The notes beneath the pieces are model-generated. The model was given only the letters and a program-made list of their open reading frames with translations. It was not told where the DNA came from and ran no database searches. A stretch of DNA of 64,000 nt from a virus. The stretch lies in the IMG/VR virus record IMGVR_UViG_3300005805_000044. One strand, written 5' to 3'. Positions 10,406-19,374 of this stretch are shown here, piece by piece. The position numbers and the translations under genes were made by a program. Position 1 is the first letter of the stretch, and each line of letters opens with the position of its first letter.

Positions 10406-10891
10406 TTATTCCTTAAATAGTTTTTCGATTTCTTCTTGTGAATGACCAAATGATGCAACGATTGAGTTTAACTCATTTGTTCCTTCATCGGTCGAAATAA
10501 GTAGGTTGTGATAATCCTTTGCATCACGACTACCCACATTAAATTTTCTGCAAATGCAGTTTATAATAGTTTCATTAATATCTTTCGTGGACTTTTTGAT
10601 ATATGGATAAAACTTATAGTCTTTAGGTAAACACTGTATCAATAAAAGATACAATTGTTTCTCAGGCAATACTTCCATATATTTTGATATTAGAGATATT
10701 TCTTCAATAACATTTGGATCCATACTGAGAACCCGTAATATCATATATTTATTGAATGTCTTTTGTTCAGATTCAGACAACGAATCATAATAGTCAGGCG
10801 ATTGAACTTGACGAATATGTTTAACATGATCAAACAACCCTTTACTCTTGATTGTTGTTTCTACGTTGGTGGACTTGCCTTTTCGTTTCAT
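10406..10891 (-). CDS. gp62: clamp loader small subunit (T4 gp62-like)
   Basis: LFDHV, FNKYMILRVLSM, IP/LP-K...YPYIKK pattern; start codon uncertain. Confidence 0.65.
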   Translation of the reverse strand: MKRKGKSTNVETTIKSKGLFDHVKHIRQVQSPDYYDSLSESEQKTFNKYMILRVLSMDPNVIEEISLISKYMEVLPEKQLYLLLIQCLPKDYKFYPYIKKSTKDINETIINCICRKFNVGSRDAKDYHNLLISTDEGTNELNSIVASFGHSQEEIEKLFKE

Positions 10892-11132
10892 TACCATACA
10901 TTCTAACACGACGCTTGAGTTCTTCAAGATCTTTTATCATTTTACTACGTTCACTAGAAAGCAATTCAAATGCTTCAGTTATCGCTGTAAATAGTTTGTC
11001 TGATTCTGTCTTCGTTTCTTCCGATTTTTCTTTAAGATTGTTGATTTGTTTACGAAGACCAGTATAAAAGAAAAATGTGGCTGCCGTTGAAAGCAGCCAC
11101 ATTACAACAATCAATGTTGTTGTTACTGTCAT
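10842..11132 (-). CDS. N-terminal TM + coiled-coil protein
   Basis: hydrophobic N-terminus then heptads; its 5' end overlaps a terminator hairpin. Confidence 0.45.
   Translation of the reverse strand: MTVTTTLIVVMWLLSTAATFFFYTGLRKQINNLKEKSEETKTESDKLFTAITEAFELLSSERSKMIKDLEELKRRVRMYGNETKRQVHQRRNNNQE
11071..11103 (-). terminator. intrinsic terminator after the 67-aa gene
   Basis: AATGTGGCTGC/GCAGCCACATT 11-bp stem followed by TTTCTTTT on the - strand. Confidence 0.75.
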
Positions 11133-11135
11133 CGA

Positions 11136-11339
11136 TTAGGCCTTGTAACCAGCGGCGAGAACGTCACGAAGAGCCTTGATCTGGCGACCATTGAGGTCTA
11201 GACGGGTATCACCAGCACGGACGGTCAAACGGGCAGCCTTCTTGGCGCCAGAGAACGGAGTGGAGAGGTAAAGCTCAACACCAGTGGAGTTGTGGCCGAC
11301 GAAGTTAGTCTTGTTACGAGTATTCTTACGAGTATACAT
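11136..11339 (-). CDS. small basic protein, likely highly expressed early (possibly PC4-like fold)
   Basis: own promoter, AAGGA SD, terminator, strongly GC-shifted codons. Confidence 0.7.
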   Translation of the reverse strand: MYTRKNTRNKTNFVGHNSTGVELYLSTPFSGAKKAARLTVRAGDTRLDLNGRQIKALRDVLAAGYKA

Positions 11340-11402
11340 ATTTATTTTCCTTTATTTTTTGTTTTTGTTTTTGTTTCGTTAGTAGTTATCTAACTTGAGA
11401 TT

Positions 11403-11430
11403 ATCTTAACATGAAGTTTCAAAGTGTCAA
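11403..11430 (-). promoter_or_regulatory. sigma70-type early promoter
   Basis: TTGACA-16 nt-TAAGAT with extended -10 TG. Confidence 0.7.
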
Positions 11431-11445
11431 CAACTTTGCCTTTTT

Positions 11446-12357
11446 TTATTTTTGTAGCTTATCTTGAAAATATTCAATCGCATAGTCCTTTGCTTTGAAC
11501 TCAAATTCTAGATCAATATCTTCGTCAACAAATTCGCTGGGAAACATTGTAGGATAGTCCGCATGCGCACGAGGATTGCGATTTTTTGTATCATTATCGC
11601 TATAGTGAAACAACGGACGAAACTTACCCCATGTATTCTTAGCAATATTCAGTGCTTCTTTAGAAGTCAACTTGCCAGGATTACAGCGGTAGTGTAAATT
11701 ATCATAAGTAATAGGAATGCCAGTATTTTGATAGATGTGTTCATATAATTCTTCAGTTTTCCAACTATTGGGTTTGTCTTCATTTTCTAATACGAGACGC
11801 TTTGTAACACCCTCTGGAAGTTGTTTAAAAACCTCTATAAACCGTTTTGCCGTATCTTTGATATCTCCCTTGTAACAATTCATATGAATGTTTATAGGCG
11901 CCTCGTAGGAACGGGGAAGACCCAATCTATCCATGATGTCCGCATGATAGGTTAGTTCCACAATAGATTTTTGAGCTACTGTGGGATTTGCACTAGCTGG
12001 AACCACAAACTGATCAGGATGTGTGCTACAACGAATATTACTATTTTTAATCAAAATAGAACATTCTTGAAATAATTTATCGATTTTATCTTTGTCTGGA
12101 AGACATTCAAACGACAAATCTGCTTCTGGTAGGGTTTTTAGAGGAAATAAATCGCTACTTACACGATAATTCCAACCTTTATCTATACAATATTTGATGG
12201 TTTGACGGGTTACGTCTACGTTGTTCATTACTCTTTTACTAAGAATTGATAATGAATCAACACGTTCCAATGCAATAAACCGTGATTTGGTCATCGTATT
12301 GGCTTTTACACCACGTTCTTGAAGTTTGAGGGATATGCAACAAAGACTTTTTCTCAT
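11446..12357 (-). CDS. uvsE: UV-damage endonuclease
   Basis: YRVSSDLFP, HPDQFVV, INIH, RLVLENEDK, YDNLH, LFHYS, HADY, EFKAKD. Confidence 0.93.
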   Translation of the reverse strand: MRKSLCCISLKLQERGVKANTMTKSRFIALERVDSLSILSKRVMNNVDVTRQTIKYCIDKGWNYRVSSDLFPLKTLPEADLSFECLPDKDKIDKLFQECSILIKNSNIRCSTHPDQFVVPASANPTVAQKSIVELTYHADIMDRLGLPRSYEAPINIHMNCYKGDIKDTAKRFIEVFKQLPEGVTKRLVLENEDKPNSWKTEELYEHIYQNTGIPITYDNLHYRCNPGKLTSKEALNIAKNTWGKFRPLFHYSDNDTKNRNPRAHADYPTMFPSEFVDEDIDLEFEFKAKDYAIEYFQDKLQK

Positions 12358-12364
12358 GGTATGT

Positions 12365-12393
12365 AGATTACCACAAGAATTTTAAAAAGTCAA
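12365..12393 (-). promoter_or_regulatory. sigma70-type promoter, probably leaderless uvsE mRNA
   Basis: TTGACT-17 nt-TAATCT (extended TG); ATG begins 7 nt after the -10. Confidence 0.65.
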
Positions 12394-12798
12394 TTAGAAG
12401 CTACCAGATGGACTAAATGAAGACGTAACACAACAATCAATGCCCAATATTGGACAAAAATAACCAACCAGTTTCCATGATGATGGCCCGGACGCAGTTT
12501 TAACCCAAGATGCTCTTTGATTAACACCTTGGGTCAAAGCATATTGAGTTTTTTTAGTTAACTCTGGATATTGATCTGATAATGAAGTAAAATCCGAATC
12601 TGAATTTGATCTATAATAAATTAAATTGTCTGTTTTAGTTAATAAATCACCAGGTTCGCCTGTAAAAATACCATCAGGAGAATTATCTTTTTCCTTAGAA
12701 GTTCGTGCGTTTTTAGCAAATTGCACCAACCTAGATACAAATTTTTGATATCTATCAGCAAAAGTATAATTTACGTTCGGATCGTTACTCTTTCCCAT
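12394..12798 (-). CDS. hypothetical protein, probable virion decoration/fibre module
   Basis: SPDGIFTGEPGDL...WVKTASGPSSW resembles phage fibre modules; TATTTAT element upstream. Confidence 0.5.
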   Translation of the reverse strand: MGKSNDPNVNYTFADRYQKFVSRLVQFAKNARTSKEKDNSPDGIFTGEPGDLLTKTDNLIYYRSNSDSDFTSLSDQYPELTKKTQYALTQGVNQRASWVKTASGPSSWKLVGYFCPILGIDCCVTSSFSPSGSF

Positions 12799-12826
12799 GT
12801 CTTTACTATAATAAATAGTAAAAACC

Positions 12827-14005
12827 TCATCTTCCTACCTCAGCAAAGTAAAGTTTTTTAGCTTCATCGTAAGGCATTCCAATCATTTTGTTATAATACA
12901 ACACATCTGGCTTAAGACGATGCTCAGATTTGAGTGTCTTGTATCGTGATATAGCCTTTTGTTTCCACCAATCTATGACATAGTTTTCAGTATAAATTGG
13001 ATTTGGTTTCAACACATCATCAAGAATTTCTCCTTTTAAGAATTCTCTACTATTATGATATGGACAAGCATAATACGTGCCTCTTTCAAAACCATGAACA
13101 TAATCAGACGACTTGATATTACATTGTGAAAATATCATACTGAGAACTCTATTTTTAGCGCCAGTAACAGGTCCTGATACCCCTTCACGTTGCGTCATCG
13201 CCTTTTGATATTTTTCTGCTTTATTCTCTTTAATCCAATCATGCCAGATCTTGTAAATACTATCATCTGGTTTAATAGTCATTTTACCAGCGCTAGTTCC
13301 ACACTTATGCCACCATTTAAGACTATTATACATGCTATAACTACCATACAAACTGGTAGTTGTAATACCTGCTAAGGTTTGACCATACAATTGTTTCCAC
13401 AAATTTCTAATAGTTTCACCGGTGACCAATCCCGCTACCAACTTACCCCCCAAGAAATTATATCCAAATGGTTGGGTAGACATAATACAGCTACCAATCG
13501 CACTATTGTTTAGTTTCTTGGCTTTAAGTTTTGCATCTGGAGTCCAACCAATATAATTATCTCTATCAGTAATAGTAATAACATCACTAGACATACTAAT
13601 TACTCCAAGATATCTAGGATTATCTACATTGCCGTCACTAATTAATAGTTTGATAAATCTACCAGGTGTTTGGTCATATGCCATAGTATGGACAAATGTC
13701 CGCAACATTACCCAATCATTATCTAATATAGAGTCATTTACATACACCACTGTGGGTTTGAGATTTTCAATTTCTTTGATTGTCTTTTTCTCATCGTTTA
13801 GATCTTCTGGAAGCCAAATCTTATTTTTAGCAATTGCAGCTCTGTCTCTATAATTCTGTAGTTCCTGCACCTCAATCCACTTTTTGTAGAAAGTTTGTTC
13901 TTCTACTGACATTGCTTTGAGGTGGTTAAGATTATCAATAAGTTTTTTCTTATTTCCCTCGTAGTCAAACTCGGCAATATCAAAGTATTCAGACAATGTG
14001 TTCAT
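12827..14005 (-). CDS. DUF4338 / Druantia DruA-like protein
   Basis: PGR, YLGVI, RDNYIGW, QPFGYNFLGGKL, ITTTSLYG..SMYN, GTSAG motifs. Confidence 0.7.
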   Translation of the reverse strand: MNTLSEYFDIAEFDYEGNKKKLIDNLNHLKAMSVEEQTFYKKWIEVQELQNYRDRAAIAKNKIWLPEDLNDEKKTIKEIENLKPTVVYVNDSILDNDWVMLRTFVHTMAYDQTPGRFIKLLISDGNVDNPRYLGVISMSSDVITITDRDNYIGWTPDAKLKAKKLNNSAIGSCIMSTQPFGYNFLGGKLVAGLVTGETIRNLWKQLYGQTLAGITTTSLYGSYSMYNSLKWWHKCGTSAGKMTIKPDDSIYKIWHDWIKENKAEKYQKAMTQREGVSGPVTGAKNRVLSMIFSQCNIKSSDYVHGFERGTYYACPYHNSREFLKGEILDDVLKPNPIYTENYVIDWWKQKAISRYKTLKSEHRLKPDVLYYNKMIGMPYDEAKKLYFAEVGR

Positions 14006-14025
14006 ATTTATAACTAGAGTATACC

Positions 14026-14265
14026 ATGAAGTTCAAAAAAATCAATCCAAAAGAATCTACTTTTTTTGTATTTGAAACTAGTCAAAGATCATTTAGTGTA
14101 TTTGACAGTCAATTAGATGATCCAATTTATTATGGAAGTTGGAATATGTGTGAGGGTATTGTTAAAAATATTAAAAAACACATGAAAAATGCTTCCATAT
14201 ATTATTATTCAAAAGAAAAAAGCGGAGAGTTAAAACTCAGTCCGCTTTGGTCTCACAATATTTGA
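14026..14265 (+). CDS. hypothetical protein
   Basis: ORF fills the gap; TATTTAT at 14005-14011 on its own strand. Confidence 0.55.
   Translation: MKFKKINPKESTFFVFETSQRSFSVFDSQLDDPIYYGSWNMCEGIVKNIKKHMKNASIYYYSKEKSGELKLSPLWSHNI
14216..14248 (-). terminator. intrinsic terminator after 14273..14638
   Basis: AAAGCGGA/TCCGCTTT stem with inner GAGT/ACTC stem, then T-run on the - strand. Confidence 0.65.
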
Positions 14266-14272
14266 ATTACGT

Positions 14273-14638
14273 TTAAGCAGTAATCTTACTTGAAGTTACC
14301 ATAGTAGATTCAGTATTGACCGTTTCAACCTTAGTAGGAATAACATTCAAAACGTTAACAGTCAATCCATCCTTCAATACAACACCCTTACTCTTGGCAT
14401 CAGCAATATGTTCTTGATTAACTGGATTACATGCGAGAACAACACGGGGACGACCCTTGCCATTGTGAAGATATCCAATCTCTGATACCATATTATCAGT
14501 AATTGCCTTCTTGATACGAACCCTCAGTGTAATATTGACAAACTCGGGGTTCTTCTCATTAAGTTCCTCAATTGTAAAAATATTGGCAGGCCAATTAACA
14601 GTGAGGTTTGTCTTGTTCTTTCTATCAGTCTTTTTCAT
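14273..14638 (-). CDS. putative winged-helix DNA-binding protein
   Basis: FTIEEL...ITLRVRIKKAI...GKGRPRVV (wing with GRP); own promoter and GAAAGGA SD. Confidence 0.55.
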   Translation of the reverse strand: MKKTDRKNKTNLTVNWPANIFTIEELNEKNPEFVNITLRVRIKKAITDNMVSEIGYLHNGKGRPRVVLACNPVNQEHIADAKSKGVVLKDGLTVNVLNVIPTKVETVNTESTMVTSSKITA

Positions 14639-14690
14639 TTTTTATCCTTTCTTGTTTTATGTTTGTTTAGGTAACTATACCCATGTTTAA

Positions 14691-14718
14691 ATTATATCAC
14701 ACGCTTCTTATATGTCAA
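14691..14718 (-). promoter_or_regulatory. sigma70-type promoter
   Basis: TTGACA-16 nt-TATAAT with extended TG. Confidence 0.75.
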
Positions 14719-16792
14719 TACTTTCCAACATCTTTTTATTCATAGTCTTAACAATATCATTAACATTATCAACGTTAACAAAATTGCTGTCTTCGCCATA
14801 CATGATCTTGAAGAAGTTGGACAATCCCTCATTTTTATATTCAGAGATGAAATAAGAAATGATCTTATAATTCGCCATTTTGATTTTGTTTACCTGCTTC
14901 TTGGTATGACGTGCAGCATCTTCGCCACTGTAACTTACAATGTAATCTGCGTTATCACCACTATAATGATAACAAGGTTCTCCATCAGAGATGTTAATAA
15001 AGTAATTCTCAGACTCAGCGTCAGCCTTTGGAATTTCCCTTAAAATTGCCTCAAATGCCAATCCTTCAGGAGTCAAACCCTCTGGATGAATATAGGCAAA
15101 CAAATTTTTGATCTTACAAATCTTATCCTTCTTGGAATCATATGCAACGACCACATAAGGAAGTTTTTCCATGGTAGCACGAAAACTAATAGTAACACGA
15201 ATATTTTCAAGCATACTAGCTGCCTTGGCAATCGCCGTGCATAGCTTCATAGTCTTGTGCCACTTAGCTCCCCTCATACTAGAACTAGCATCAACGCTAA
15301 TGTGGAAATTCATACTCTTATACTTGCTGGTCATCGTTGTATAAAAAATATTTTCTGCATCAAATCCTAACTCATGAATGATTCGCTTGTCTAGCTTACC
15401 AGTCTCACGACGACTAAACTTCTCAGTATTGATTTCATTCCGAAATTGAAGTCTGCGGCCAAGTTTGATTCCCATCGTAATACCAGCATCAACAGTCTTT
15501 TGAAGATCCACAACATTGGGAATAGAACTAATGTCCTTATATCCATAAAAAGATCGTGAAGGACCAAGGGGAAATTCCTCAGAAGTAGCAAGTTCTCTAG
15601 TAAGATTCTTGACCAAAATACACTCAATAGCGCCAACGTTGTTTTGACTGACGAGATATTCGTTACCAACGTCAACCAAATCAATCTGGCTCTTTTCAAG
15701 CACGGTCAAGATCTGGTTCTCCTTCTTGGAAACCTTCTTCTTCTTTAGATTGTGATCAACAAAATCTTTCTGTTTGGCAAATGCCTTCTGAATCTTTGTC
15801 TTCTTGGTGCTAGAGATTTTAGGATCTTCACCAATATCGTTGGTCTTTTCATCCTTCCCGGACGTATCAACAGACGTAGTATCTCCACCAAGAATGTCAT
15901 CAATAGACTTTTCTCCATCCTTACTATCACTTTGTTTGTCGTCTTGGTTACTATCAGACTTATCATTAGGTGAAGAAGGCTGGCCAGGTCCATTCTGAGT
16001 CTTCATCTTGAAGTCAGTTTCAACCTCAGTAATGTTTTTGAACATAATCAGAGCAATGTCCAAAGCACATTCAAGACGAGACTTTGCAGTAGACAGACGA
16101 CTGATGTTGGAAAGATTCAGAGTCTTGGCAATATCATACAAACCAGGCAAAGCATCCAAATCAGTGTGCTTGTTGGTAATATTGATAATACGATACATGT
16201 ATGATTCAATACTCAAAGTGCGATACAAATTACTCTTGAGACCATCATCAATTACAGCAGCATTGAAATACTTGTCATAAAGAGACTGATAGTATCCACG
16301 ATAGCCAGGAGCATTGTTGTAGATGGTATAATCAATATAACGATCCTCGACAATGTTAAACAATGTCTTACACACCTCGGCAACTTGTTCCTTGGACAGT
16401 CCAACCTTGGAAGAATACTCATAGATATCTCTAGGAATCTTCTGCCAAAGTGTCTTATACAAGTCAAAATCAGAGTAACAGATGTGGCTGCCTTCATGTA
16501 GTGCCAATCCGACAGCCACATCAAAGTTACCCTTTTCATTGATATCAGCACCAATATAAACAGTCTTACCATCAGTCATGCTTATATTTTGATCATTAAA
16601 CATGACTGGCACGTTGATACCAGTGAGAATATTAACATAATTACCCACAGCTCTGCGAGCAGCAGACAGACGAATCAGATGGGCAGTTCGTTGAGTCTGA
16701 GCATTTGAAATATCAACATCGTTGGATTCATCGGAAAAATCCCAATCAATATCATATTCATCCAACCAGAAATCACTGTGGTAATTTGACAT
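14708..16792 (-). CDS. HExxH metallopeptidase-like + VWA domain protein (CobT-like MoxR partner)
   Basis: LALHEGSH, FNIVEDRYID, acidic linker, MIDAS VDASSSM...T...ISDGEP. Confidence 0.85.
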   Translation of the reverse strand: MSNYHSDFWLDEYDIDWDFSDESNDVDISNAQTQRTAHLIRLSAARRAVGNYVNILTGINVPVMFNDQNISMTDGKTVYIGADINEKGNFDVAVGLALHEGSHICYSDFDLYKTLWQKIPRDIYEYSSKVGLSKEQVAEVCKTLFNIVEDRYIDYTIYNNAPGYRGYYQSLYDKYFNAAVIDDGLKSNLYRTLSIESYMYRIINITNKHTDLDALPGLYDIAKTLNLSNISRLSTAKSRLECALDIALIMFKNITEVETDFKMKTQNGPGQPSSPNDKSDSNQDDKQSDSKDGEKSIDDILGGDTTSVDTSGKDEKTNDIGEDPKISSTKKTKIQKAFAKQKDFVDHNLKKKKVSKKENQILTVLEKSQIDLVDVGNEYLVSQNNVGAIECILVKNLTRELATSEEFPLGPSRSFYGYKDISSIPNVVDLQKTVDAGITMGIKLGRRLQFRNEINTEKFSRRETGKLDKRIIHELGFDAENIFYTTMTSKYKSMNFHISVDASSSMRGAKWHKTMKLCTAIAKAASMLENIRVTISFRATMEKLPYVVVAYDSKKDKICKIKNLFAYIHPEGLTPEGLAFEAILREIPKADAESENYFINISDGEPCYHYSGDNADYIVSYSGEDAARHTKKQVNKIKMANYKIISYFISEYKNEGLSNFFKIMYGEDSNFVNVDNVNDIVKTMNKKMLESIDI

Positions 16793-16816
16793 ATTATTAT
16801 CTAATTAATTTTTGTA

Positions 16817-17794
16817 TTAAAACGGAGGTTGATTGGCTTCCTTGACAGGATCGTTGAACAAGTTGGTATTGGTCTCAGTCTTAACATACTTCTGAACAAG
16901 CTGTTTCATGTAGGTTCGTTCACTATCAACGCCACCATCCTCACTGAAATTAGGATAAATGGTAGTCTCGGCAATTTCAAGCAAATTAAATCCATCAACA
17001 ATAAGTTCAGCAATTTCCACCGTAGAACGAGTAGGAATAAAATTAGTGATCTTACTATCCTCCAACTTGACCTGCTTGCGAGTATGATCAGCAATATCAC
17101 AAACAGCATTCAATAAATCCAAATGATTTGTATCAGTAATGTTAAACCGTTCCTTCAACAGATTGACTTCGCTATTCTTGTCCAAAGGACTCATTTCAAT
17201 CTTGACAGGAAAACGTGAAAGAAGAGCACGATCCATAACACGGGTAGCGGTGTATTCATTACCAATATTAGCGGTAGCAATGAACGTAACACCGTCGGCA
17301 ACCTTTACCACTTCGTTGTCTTCCTTTTCATCAAGTCGAAGATAACGTTGAAGATCGTCCAAAACGGTCATAAGAATATTGACACCATCGTGATGACTAC
17401 GAGAAATTTCGTCAAGAAGAATGATGGCGTTGGGAGTGCGAATAGCCTTGACAAAACTAGATTCCTTGAAGAAGGTTCCAGTAGACTTGTCAAAATGCGT
17501 ATTTCCAATAAGAGATGCACGGGCATCTTGAGTAGCACCAAGATTAAAGTAAAAGAACTTGTTTTCCTTACCAATAACCTTTGCCACAGTCTGAGCAGCA
17601 AGAGTCTTGCCACAACCAGTGGGTCCAAGCAAAAGGATGTTCTTGCCACGAAGAGCGGAACGAACCATATACTTCCACTTAACATTATCCATGATCAAGC
17701 TTGATGGACGAAGTTCGTTGCACTTTTCAAGATATCCTTTCATATCAAAATTCTTGGACACTGTAAGATTCATTTGATTTTCTTTCTTTTTCAT
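16817..17794 (-). CDS. MoxR/CbbQ-type AAA+ ATPase
   Basis: GPTGCGKT, ILLDEISR, IATAN, MDRALLSRF. Confidence 0.9.
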   Translation of the reverse strand: MKKKENQMNLTVSKNFDMKGYLEKCNELRPSSLIMDNVKWKYMVRSALRGKNILLLGPTGCGKTLAAQTVAKVIGKENKFFYFNLGATQDARASLIGNTHFDKSTGTFFKESSFVKAIRTPNAIILLDEISRSHHDGVNILMTVLDDLQRYLRLDEKEDNEVVKVADGVTFIATANIGNEYTATRVMDRALLSRFPVKIEMSPLDKNSEVNLLKERFNITDTNHLDLLNAVCDIADHTRKQVKLEDSKITNFIPTRSTVEIAELIVDGFNLLEIAETTIYPNFSEDGGVDSERTYMKQLVQKYVKTETNTNLFNDPVKEANQPPF

Positions 17795-17813
17795 ATTTGA
17801 AGTTGACTATATC

Positions 17814-17841
17814 ATCTTAACACACACTTTTTGTAAGTCAA
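17814..17841 (-). promoter_or_regulatory. sigma70-type early promoter of the AAA+/VWA operon
   Basis: TTGACT-16 nt-TAAGAT with extended TG; same TGTTAAGAT as the 11403 promoter. Confidence 0.7.
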
Positions 17842-17850
17842 CATCAAAAT

Positions 17851-17879
17851 AAAAAAACCGCTGAATTTCTTCAGCGGTT
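17851..17879 (-). terminator. intrinsic terminator
   Basis: AACCGCTGAA/TTCAGCGGTT perfect stem plus T-run on the - strand. Confidence 0.85.
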
Positions 17880-17903
17880 GATTAAATTAATTATTTTTTA
17901 ATA

Positions 17904-18239
17904 TTATCTATGGCCACGGTGACGATGATGACCTCCACCTTGAGATCCGCCTACCCAAATTGTGCCTGTTACTGGAGAACGATAACAATCTTGACGATAA
18001 TAGTTTACAACTGGAATAGTGCAAACTGGTTGAACTACCACAGCTGGTGTATATACAACTTGTTGAACGACAACAGATTGCGACACAACTACTGGTTGGG
18101 AGACTACTACCGGAGCACATACAATTGATGGTGCATATGCTTGTCCAATTCCAATAAAAACACCCCAACTAAACCCACCTGCGTGTGCTGTTGATGCCAA
18201 AATTAAAGCAGCGGCGACACCAACAATTGTTTTTTTCAT
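17904..18239 (-). CDS. secreted low-complexity Val/Pro-rich protein with His/Arg tail
   Basis: signal peptide ending AHA; PVVV repeats; GHHRHRGHR; AAGGA SD; terminator downstream. Confidence 0.7.
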   Translation of the reverse strand: MKKTIVGVAAALILASTAHAGGFSWGVFIGIGQAYAPSIVCAPVVVSQPVVVSQSVVVQQVVYTPAVVVQPVCTIPVVNYYRQDCYRSPVTGTIWVGGSQGGGHHRHRGHR

Positions 18240-18305
18240 ATATTTCCTTTTTTATTATTGTTAATTGCTAACAAAAATTAGACGTATGATTAGAAACAAT
18301 ATTCA

Positions 18306-18665
18306 TTAATGAGGTGGTGGTGTTCCACTACCATTATTAAAAAACTTTTCTATCAAAAATGTCAACAATAACGATCCTAAAGTAGCACCCGCAGTAGCAA
18401 TTCCAGTTAAATACCATTTAAAATACTCTAAAGCAATTACTTTATTATTTACGTCAGTTAAACTTTTAGTCATGTGTGTTTCTAACTCCGTTATTCTTGT
18501 ATATAAATTTGATTCGGATTTAGAAACTTTGTCTATAACTTTTTCATTGTTTTTTTCGACGGTATCTTTTACATCATCCAACGACGTTTTAACTTCTTGT
18601 AACTCGGTTTTGAGTCCAGAAAACACTGCGTCATAACTGTTGGGATTAAATTCTCCGTCACTCAT
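18306..18665 (-). CDS. coiled-coil + C-terminal TM protein (holin/XhlA-like)
   Basis: heptad region then WYLTGIATAGATLGSLLLTFLI. Confidence 0.5.
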   Translation of the reverse strand: MSDGEFNPNSYDAVFSGLKTELQEVKTSLDDVKDTVEKNNEKVIDKVSKSESNLYTRITELETHMTKSLTDVNNKVIALEYFKWYLTGIATAGATLGSLLLTFLIEKFFNNGSGTPPPH

Positions 18666-18676
18666 AACAATTTATA

Positions 18677-19318
18677 TTACTTTTTACGTGCCTTACCACC
18701 TTTAGTATATTTAACTACTAATTTTGATAATCCTTTTGGTAATTTTGGTGGTTCGTATGATGGTTTTTTTGGTTTGTGATCTGATTGTTTTTCAAACTTA
18801 TCTGCTGGACGCATAGGTTCGGTTGGATCATCCTTTGCGTCATTCATTGGTTTGGCTTTTATACTCTTAACTACTTTATTATCTTTTTCTGGATCAACTA
18901 AATTTTGTTCTTCTGCTGCTTTGTCTGCTTTCTTACCACCTTCTTTATCTTTACTATTATCTACTGTTCTTTCGTAAGCATTGTCTACATAATTTAATTC
19001 TTTTGATCCAAGCCATTCTTTTACATATTTCTTAACATCTTCAAATGGAACAAACATTACCTTTTGACGTTCAACACCATCTTTGAAATACTGTAAATCA
19101 AATATATCATGAACTATAGGACGAATACTGATATGATGTGGTTCACATTGACATACATTGTAGTTGCCAGCATCATCAAAAGTAATAGGCTTTTTGATTT
19201 CTTTTGACAAAGATTCCATCATATCGGCCCATGTTCTGTCTACAGCGGTGGTTTTTTCTTCAATAACTTCTCTTACTATCTTTTTGACCGCTTTTTTGAG
19301 TTGTTCTCTATAATTCAT
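18677..19318 (-). CDS. hypothetical late protein, probable head-internal protein
   Basis: TATTTAT upstream; N-terminal LKKAVKKIVREVIEE helix; charged disordered C-terminus. Confidence 0.6.
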   Translation of the reverse strand: MNYREQLKKAVKKIVREVIEEKTTAVDRTWADMMESLSKEIKKPITFDDAGNYNVCQCEPHHISIRPIVHDIFDLQYFKDGVERQKVMFVPFEDVKKYVKEWLGSKELNYVDNAYERTVDNSKDKEGGKKADKAAEEQNLVDPEKDNKVVKSIKAKPMNDAKDDPTEPMRPADKFEKQSDHKPKKPSYEPPKLPKGLSKLVVKYTKGGKARKK

Positions 19319-19374
19319 ACTATAATATGTTCATCATATAAATATGTTTGATATTAAAAAAATGATAATATTAT

